A stretch of DNA of 63,957 bases, counting the filler, from Reticulomyxa filosa (Eukaryota > Protista > Foraminifera): assembly GCA_000512085.1 (NCBI GenBank). It is 15 parts of 15 records of this genome, joined end to end, with 100 filler letters (N's around TTAATTAATTAA, not from the genome) between each part and the next. Parts side by side here need not be neighbours in the genome. Positions count along the whole stretch, not along the records: positions 56,968 to 60,555 come from ASPP01025384.1; positions 60,656 to 62,185 come from ASPP01022567.1; positions 62,286 to 63,957 come from ASPP01021441.1; 12 more parts are not named here. One strand, written 5' to 3'. Below, piece after piece: positions 57,445 through 63,957 of the stretch. Made by a program: the position numbers and the translations under genes. Under the pieces are notes generated by a model. That model was not told the origin of the DNA, searched no databases, and worked only from the letters and a program-made list of their open reading frames with translations. How positions within the stretch are numbered: position 1 is the first letter of the stretch; every line of letters starts with the position of its first letter.

Positions 57445-57637
57445 TGCGGTTTCGCCCTACCGTTGGGCTCATCAGTGCTGTCAGGTTGCAGAAGGACCGG
57501 TCACAATATGCCGACCAACTACTAGCCGCTTATCGTTGTTCCTCTTATTCAGAGATCGCTAGCGGCCCTCATATACCAAGTCTCCTGATTCACAGAATAA
57601 AAAACAGTTGCTTGAAATATGAAAACAGCATACCGCA
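57445..57637 (-). ncRNA. Hammerhead ribozyme HH1, type III topology with a ~143-nt insert in loop I; predicted cleavage GUA between 57631 and 57630
   Basis: Minus strand: UGCGGU-A|UGCUGU-(insert)-ACAGCA-CUGAUGA-GCCC AACGGUA GGGC-GAA-ACCGCA. Helix I is 6 bp, helix II 4 bp, helix III 6 bp, all Watson-Crick. Confidence 0.85.
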
Positions 57638-59115
57638 GATTGACTATCCGCCGCTTAGAGTCTGTTTCCGCATTACTTAGATAAGAACTCCAAACCCTTA
57701 GCTATCCATAATTGTACTATGGTGCACGGGACTTAACCCATGGTACATACCTAATACAACTATGGACCACCCGGCCTTTACGCATGCATATGTATGCACC
57801 TGTCCAAAATTCGGCACAGGGTCCTGTCCGCACAACCAGATAGACCCCCCATAACCGGGATATTGGACAACCTCAAAGGTCTATGAATGTCCTGTAGAGC
57901 CCCCTCTACAGGCCCCATCCATAGTGCTTTGGGCCGTAAGTGTCGACGGCATAATCAATCTACTAGGGACCTATGTTTAATAGGCCCACTCTATCTCGAG
58001 AAGTAGAATGGTGGAGATTATACTCATGGGAGTTAATCTCCAATAAACTTGACCCCCTAGCCTTATGAGGTAGAATACCTCAAGGAATCCATTTTCCATG
58101 CTCGGGTTACAAGTTCTCCTATTTAAGCATAGGGCTTTATGTTTAATAGGCCCGTTCTACCATTTACATATAACGGATCAATCTAGCCCGCGCAGTAAGC
58201 AGTAGAAGGTGGAAATTATACTCATGGGAGTTAATCTCCAATAAACTTGCCCCCCTAGCCATTATGAGGTAGAACACCTCAAGGAAACCATTTCCCAGGC
58301 TAGTGTTACAAGTTCTCCCTATTTAAACATATCCCTTCCCGTATCCCAAAGTCTGCGAGGTCAACAATAGATCGTAAATTGACCATCCGCCGCTTAGAGT
58401 CTGTCTCCGCATTACTTAGATAAGAATCTCCAAACCCTTAGCTATCCATATTCTTCTATGGTGTCTGCTGACTTAACAGCAGCCATACCGATGTATGGGA
58501 CCACGACCATAGCCGATATATGGACCACCCGGCCTTTACGCATGCATATGTATGCACCTGTCCAAAATTCGGCACAGGGTCCTGTCCGCACAACCAGATA
58601 GACCCCCCATAACCGGGATATTGGACAACCCCAAAGGTCTATGGATGTCCTGTAGAGCCCCCTCTACAGGCCCCATCCATAGTGCTTTGGGCCGTAAGTG
58701 TCGACGGCATAATCAATTTACTAGGGACCTATGTTTAATAGGCCCACTCTACCTCGAAATAGAATGGTGGAGATTATACTCATGGGAGTTAATCTCCAAT
58801 AAACTTGACCCCCTAGCCTTATGAGGTAGAATACCTCAAGGAATCCATTTTCCATGCTCTGGTTACAAGTTCTCCTATTTAAGCATAGGGCTTTATGTTT
58901 AATATGCCCGTTCTACCATGTACATATAACGGATCAATCTAGCCCGCGCAGTAAGCAAAGTAGAAGGTGGAAATTATACTCATGGGAGTTAATCTCCAAT
59001 AAACTTACACCCCTAGCTGTTATGAGGTAGAACACCTCAAGGAAACCATTCCCCAGGCTAGTGTTACAAGTTCTCCATATTTAAACATATCCCATCTCGC
59101 TTTCTAAAGTCTACG
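57634..59115 (-). repeat. Two tandem structured units: A 57634-58357 and B 58373-59115
   Basis: Near-identical over most of their length (e.g. ATCCGCCGCTTAGAGTCTGT, TATGGACCACCCGGCCTTTACGCATGC). Several differences fall in loops or are compensatory. Confidence 0.93.
57972..59089. repeat. Four copies of a 160-195-nt multibranch module (57972-58131, 58138-58331, 58730-58887, 58894-59089)
   Basis: Each is bounded by inverted repeats TATGTTTAATA(G/T)G ... C(C/A)TATTTAA(G/A)CATA and contains GGA(G/A)ATTATACTCATGGGAGTTAATCTCC and TGAGGTAGAA(T/C)ACCTCA hairpins. Confidence 0.9.
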
Positions 59116-59117
59116 GG

Positions 59118-59179
59118 GGCAGCATACCTTACTTTAATTAGAAAGGTTTCGCCCCGCCATTGGGCTCATCAGTGCTGCC
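59118..59179 (-). ncRNA. Hammerhead ribozyme HH2, canonical type I; predicted cleavage GUA between 59125 and 59124
   Basis: Minus strand: GGCAGCA-CUGAUGA-GCCC AAUGGCG GGGC-GAA-ACCUU UCUAAUUAAAGU AAGGU-A|UGCUGCC. Helix I is 7 bp, helix II 4 bp, helix III 5 bp. Confidence 0.93.
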
Positions 59180-59323
59180 AGGCGTATTATAGCCTTTTTA
59201 AGACTTTTGATAGTTTATTTTACTCGTATTGTTATAGCTACTGAAGTTGCTCGCACCCTCCTGTCTCTGCAAAGCTCCCCAAAGGGTTTTGCTGAGTAGG
59301 TTGCGGACCGACTGGGCTTCAGT

Positions 59324-59367
59324 AGCGCATACGGTTTCGCCCTACCTTTGGGCTCATCAGTGCTCTC
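59324..59367 (-). ncRNA. Hammerhead ribozyme HH3, intact core; local fold is a minimal type I with vestigial helix III
   Basis: Minus strand: GAGAGCA-CUGAUGA-GCCC AAAGGUA GGGC-GAA-AC C GU-A|UGCGCU. Helix I has one mismatch. Confidence 0.7.
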
Positions 59368-60655
59368 AGGTCGAGATGTGCTTTCCACTAGCCATCCCCT
59401 ATGGGCTTCCTAGCGACAAAGTCTTCACTAGTCTCCATATACCTCTGGAGGTCCTAGTACGACTATGCTAGGCATAGGGTGCAATTAGTGGCATCTCTAT
59501 TGGGGAACGGTAACCTTCGGCTAGACAACCATGGGCAGAGTGTGGCCGCCTAGTCCATCTTCGACTAGGTTGACCTATCTCCACGTCTCAGGTGGAGTAT
59601 AGGAGCGTCCTATTCTACCAGTTGTAAAGCTATCGTCAGTTGGCAGCCTATCAGTGTCTCTTCGAACACGAGACTTATAGAAAGGCGTGCAGAGCTGTCC
59701 GGACAGTTACACTAGACCCAATCCCCTTAGACCTTCTGTGCGGCGCCCCCGTGAAGTATAAGGCAGCTCTACGATTACTTTCGGAAGGAGTAGAGCTTAT
59801 TAATAGTCCGGGCACCACAAGGCATGAATGCTCCCACCTCTCACGAGGTGGCTTGTGTCGGCGTACTTGGCCAATTCCCGTTGGTCTTTGCAAATGGGCC
59901 GGAACTATGTTACTATCACTCCCCCCGATCTTTTGTAGCTAAGTCCTAAGACATCGCTACGCTGATATCGGTTCGGTTCACCCACCCCGGGCAAACAGGA
60001 GTAACGTCCTCCCAGGAGTAATAAGGTTGTTTTCGCCATCCTACAGGCACCATAAGGTCCTTCTGTAGTAGGCTACTTACTAGCTGCAACGTTTATTACC
60101 CCCTTTATCAATGAAGAGGGCCAACTATTAATAAGATACTCGGTCCTTAGCAATTAGGAACGCGTACCTTATAACAGCACGAAGAGTCGCTGGTCCCTTA
60201 GGGAAGATCAGACCGTGAACCACCCCAATCCTATTTGTCCACCGCCGGTGAGCTGCAGAACAGCAAACACCGGAGGGCCCTACTTCTCCGTCTCTCGGGA
60301 CAAGCCCGCGGAGTGGAGTAGGGTAGGAGAGCAAGTGGTAATATTCGGTGTATTGTTATTGATAAGCCATGCTTTCAATAACAAGCGCGAATATTGATAT
60401 GATGTTTTTAGGCATCATATGTTCACCTACATACAACCCAGTATGCAGACTGAATACTTGATATGATCGCATATCCAGTTTTTACCTGAGCTTAAGGCGG
60501 GTATTGAGTTATCCTCAATACGGGCTTTCGCACTAACTTGCATTACTTGTCCCCCNNNNNNNNNNNNNNNNNNNNNNNNNNNNNNNNNNNNNNNNNNNNT
60601 TAATTAATTAANNNNNNNNNNNNNNNNNNNNNNNNNNNNNNNNNNNNNNNNNNNN

Positions 60656-60658
60656 TAA

Positions 60659-60696
<38 letters not shown>

Positions 60697-60760
60697 ATAT
60701 TAATAATAATGATATTAATACTAATACTAATAATAACAATGATAATGATAATAATAATAA
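60656..60760 (+). repeat. Imperfect (AAT)n microsatellite
   Basis: Directly visible. Similar poly-Asn-coding tracts at ~27603-27638 and ~43068-43120. Confidence 0.9.
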
Positions 60761-60767
60761 AGCAAAG

Positions 60768-61220
60768 TTGATACCGAGAACAGATCCAAACTTTTGGCTG
60801 AATCCTTTAAATCGTGATTCACTGCGACAAATAGCTTGCCCCAGTTTGAATGCGGCTGAAGAAGACCAAAGTGAGGAATATGTGTTGGTGCACTTGCCTT
60901 TGCGGTTGATTCAGGCCAACAAGATTCAATGGAGTGACAACTTTGACTATTCGTATCCTTGTTCCATCATAAATAATCAATTAGAGGTCACCATTGCTGA
61001 TGAAAAGCTCACCGGCCTTCTAACCACAACTCCTAATACATCTATGTTGTTTCAACAAACCATCCTCTCAGAAGAAGAAGAGAAAGAGAAAGAGAAGGAA
61101 AAGGAAAAAGAAAAGAAAAAGAGGATGTTACATTTGTTGGAATCTGCTCCACTCAAGCCGTGCTTCGTTAGTTTGTGTAAGAGAAAGAAATTCATTGTCC
61201 GTCATTTTATTAATTTTTAA
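60768..61220 (+). CDS. Fragment of a hypothetical protein
   Basis: 150-codon protein-like ORF with an EK tract; no domain recognised. Confidence 0.35.
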   Translation: MIPRTDPNFWLNPLNRDSLRQIACPSLNAAEEDQSEEYVLVHLPLRLIQANKIQWSDNFDYSYPCSIINNQLEVTIADEKLTGLLTTTPNTSMLFQQTILSEEEEKEKEKEKEKEKKKRMLHLLESAPLKPCFVSLCKRKKFIVRHFINF

Positions 61221-61487
61221 TTTTTTTTTTTTTGTTTGCTTTCTCATTTTCTTGAAAGACAACGTTTTATCACTCATGTTATTTCACGCACACATTAACG
61301 AAGTTTGTCCATTAATGTCATGACCCTGTTTCATCAAGCAAAATGTATGTTGTCTTCTTGTCTTTATCTGAAGATCACATAATCGAAAATTAAAAAAATT
61401 TCAAACTGTCAGGCTCTGATTTTTTGGGTAACTTATTCAATTGAATTTTTAGGCAAAATAGAATCTCTTGCCATTATTATTAATAAT

Positions 61488-62185
61488 ATGAAGTCCTGTT
61501 TGTATCTATGTCAGCATTTGGAAGATCTTGTGAAAAATGTGAACAGCGTACAAGATATATTGACACTCTTGGGTGAATTGTGCGAGATGAAGGACTTGAA
61601 AGAATTCCTAGAGGAAAGGATGATCAAGATGAAGAAAGTGATTGAAAAAGGTGGTACGGATGACAACAATCAAGAGCACGCGTTGCTCAAAGACAAGCTG
61701 TACCGTTTATATTTACAAAAGTCTTCCATTGATGAAATTCTGCCTACCAATATCATTACGCATATTTTCTCGCATTTAGAATCATCATCATTTAAGTATT
61801 TACCTTTGCTTTCACATTCATTTAATCGTATGTTAACATTTAGTACTTTCTTGTACAAACAAGTTAAGTGTGAGAATTCAACAAATAATTTCAAAAAAAA
61901 AAAAAAGTACACGTTACAATTGAAAGAACCGCGTCAATTCGATTGGATGGACAAACGCAAGGAAACATTGAATCTGGTTATTGATCATACAAAGAAAGAA
62001 GTTATAATTTCTGTCAATAACGAATGTGGTAAAAGCAATATGAGCGAATTTTTTAATGACAAAAGCTCTTCTTCTATTGGGAAATTTCCTTGGCATAGCA
62101 TTCGAAAATGGGAAATTACAGGCTATGATGATCTGAAGAATACTTGGCAACCCTTTTTTAGGAAAAAACCTTACTTTTATATCGA
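61488..62185 (+). CDS. F-box-like domain protein, 3' partial
   Basis: SIDEILPTNIITHIFSHL...LPLLSHSFNRML fits the F-box pattern. Confidence 0.55.
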
Positions 62186-62399
62186 NNNNNNNNNNNNNNN
62201 NNNNNNNNNNNNNNNNNNNNNNNNNNNNNTTAATTAATTAANNNNNNNNNNNNNNNNNNNNNNNNNNNNNNNNNNNNNNNNNNNNTACATATATATGTTT
62301 ATATATTGTATATGTATTTGTATATATATTTTTTTTGTAAAATCTAATGGCTCACAAAAAAAAAAAATTTATGCTGTTAAAAAAAGAGTATTTGGAAAA

Positions 62400-63300
62400 G
62401 ATAGAGTCATTCACTCAGAGTTGTCAGAACAAAAATTGCAACTTGGTTGTACCGCTATAATGTCGACCTTAACAAGCACTCGGATTGCGTCGATAATAAA
62501 TGGCTGGGCAGATGAGCAGACACAAGGTAAAATATATCGAAAATAATAGATATCTCCGACATTGACGAAAGAGTGCGCATGATCATTACAAATGCAATCT
62601 ATTTTAAAGGTGAGTTTGTTCAAATGTTTGATGCAACACCACGTTTTTCGAAAATCACAAAGGGAAAAAGTGCTGAGGGAACTCACTATGAACAATGTGT
62701 TGTCAATCCCTCCATTAAAAATTGTATTTCTGCGATATCGCAAATCAATGTTAAATCTTGTGCTTGTGAAGAAGAAGTCTGATGATAACCACTCTTCTTT
62801 GAGGTAATTTTTTTTCTCTACTTTTTCTTTTTCAATTTAAAAAAAGTAATTTTTTTATCTTCAAAAGCAAACTTTTTTTTTTTTGACAACATAATAAAAT
62901 GGCAAAAAAAGTTTGGAACAGTTAACTACGTATGAACAAAAATCTTATCCACGACTTGTGAACTTGAGCGTGCCTAAGTTCGAATGTGAAACGTCAATAA
63001 AAGCGATAGAAACCTATCAAGCGATGAGAATATCTAAAGCTTTCAGCGCATCAGCAGACTTCAATGACATGTTTGACGATAAGGCAATTACGTATATCAA
63101 AGAAATTTATCATAAAGCGCTTATTGAATTAGATGAAAAAGGACTGTAGCTACTGCCATAACCGCTGTTGTGGCAAGGTCTTGTTGTATGAAAACAGAAA
63201 CAGAACCGAAATCTCTGGAAATAATTTTTGACTCTCCTTTTGACTTTTATATCTATGACTCTGAAAACCATATTATCCTTTTTTTGGGCTATTTCGTTAA
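62400..63300 (+). pseudogene. Serpin, frameshifted (pseudogene or assembly errors), 5' partial
   Basis: INGWADEQTQGKI, IITNAIYFKGEF, LSVPKFECE, AFSASADF, IYHKALIELDEKG; after a frameshift TVATAITAVVARSCCM, then FDSPFDFYIYD...ILFLG. Confidence 0.85.
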
Positions 63301-63397
63301 ACAAAATTATAATGTCTCGATTAAAGAACTACAACTGAAATGTGATTAGTTTAATGAAAGTCAAACGCATGAAAAAAGCATATTTTTCATTTTTCCA

Positions 63398-63640
63398 TCA
63401 AAATGACAACAATGTAATTTCATCAGCATCGTTATTATTTAGAACCTTTACCCGTCTAACAAAACTTGGTTTGGATCCGTTTAATTTGTTTCCTGGGATA
63501 TAACAGGAGTAATAGCCTATATGGCCTTTACCTCCGCAAACGAGGATGTCGTACTTGTGAACGGTACATTGACTTTGAAAAAAGTTGCCTGACAAAGGAG
63601 CTAAGATTTGAAATGAAGATGATATCAGCATGTTTGTTTT
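63398..63640 (-). pseudogene. Truncated paralogue of the kelch-like family at 34077-34988
   Basis: FQILAPLSGNFFQSQCTVHKYDILVCGG...EITLLSF followed by a stop; aligns with FQSLMNLPNQFSESQCMLHKYELLVCGG...EITLLSFGG. Confidence 0.7.
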
Positions 63641-63957
63641 TTGTTTTACTTTATTTTAGTTGAATATAAGGAAACAATGTTCGTTCGAAATTGCTTCGAA
63701 AATAGAAAAGGGGTACACCTTCAGCTGTTGCCTTTGGTGTAAGAGTTAGCACTTGCAAGCTATATTCTTAAAAATAAATATTCAATGAAAAGAAAAATTT
63801 GAAAATGAGTCAATAACAAGCAGCGCTGAAGAAGAAAATTCGATGTTGCATGATGAAGCAAAATATCAATCAATTGAAACCTAAAAAGAGGAATTTTGAA
63901 TTAAATGATATTTTCAATAGAAAGCTTTTTCAATCTTTTTGCTTCCGATGATTAAAA

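Larger units (their letters stand above)
57445..60555 (-). mobile_element. Non-coding, hairpin-dense, hammerhead-bearing element (retrozyme- or Penelope-terminal-repeat-like, or a new class); right end cut by contig end
   Basis: Abrupt switch from very AT-rich DNA to roughly balanced composition at ~57440. Three hammerhead cores, nested tandem repeats, no ORF over ~100 aa. Mobility is inferred, not shown. Confidence 0.6.

Noticed and set aside
57445-57485. HH1 as a dead, internally deleted copy of HH3
   Set aside because: A perfectly complementary substrate strand for helices I and III, with a GUA triplet, exists at 57625-57637 and gives an intact type III fold.
57972-59089. CRISPR-like array
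   Set aside because: The repeats are 160-195 nt and adjacent, with no unique spacers and no cas genes.
59815-59900. HDV-like ribozyme on the plus strand (ACC-TCTCACGA-GGT)
   Set aside because: P1 has a mismatch and lacks the initial G, P1.1 is weak and the P2 register does not fit. It is more simply a plain hairpin.
60275-60325. Twister-like motif CGGGACAAGCCCG (also GGTTACAAG in the modules)
   Set aside because: The required UAA cleavage loop and both pseudoknots could not be built.
57444-60397. Short ORFs inside the ribozyme element
   Set aside because: All are 100 aa or less with no RT, GIY-YIG or other motif. The ORF in unit B (58552-58824) is interrupted by a stop in unit A.
57445-60555. 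rDNA or organellar rRNA explanation for the GC-richer structured block
   Set aside because: No universal SSU/LSU motifs were recognised on either strand. Nested repeats and hammerhead cores do not fit rRNA.

Overview
This is AT-rich eukaryotic DNA made of 15 short contigs joined by 14 artificial N-TTAATTAATTAA-N spacers, so adjacency across spacers means nothing biologically. Short GT-AG introns with poly-T/poly-A runs and the kelch, caspase-like and TPR families suggest a foraminiferan such as Reticulomyxa filosa; this is an inference. Recognisable genes are a giant intron-rich RNF213/mysterin-like AAA+ ATPase, TRM6, aminopeptidase P, a C2H2 zinc-finger protein, a kelch protein, a kelch/PB1-like/caspase-like protein, a RanBP2-type zinc-finger protein, a TPR array, two RelA/SpoT-like nucleotidyltransferase proteins, a CaMK-type kinase, an F-box protein and a frameshifted serpin. 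There are also degenerate dispersed repeats. The standout is a GC-richer non-coding element of about 3.1 kb (57445-60555) with three minus-strand hammerhead ribozyme cores. A type I and a type III hammerhead tightly bracket two tandem, highly structured, covarying RNA domains of about 730 nt. They are predicted to cut out a 1494-nt RNA whose ends can base-pair, making this a candidate self-excising, circularisable structured-RNA cassette. All calls were made by eye, with no database searches or folding software.
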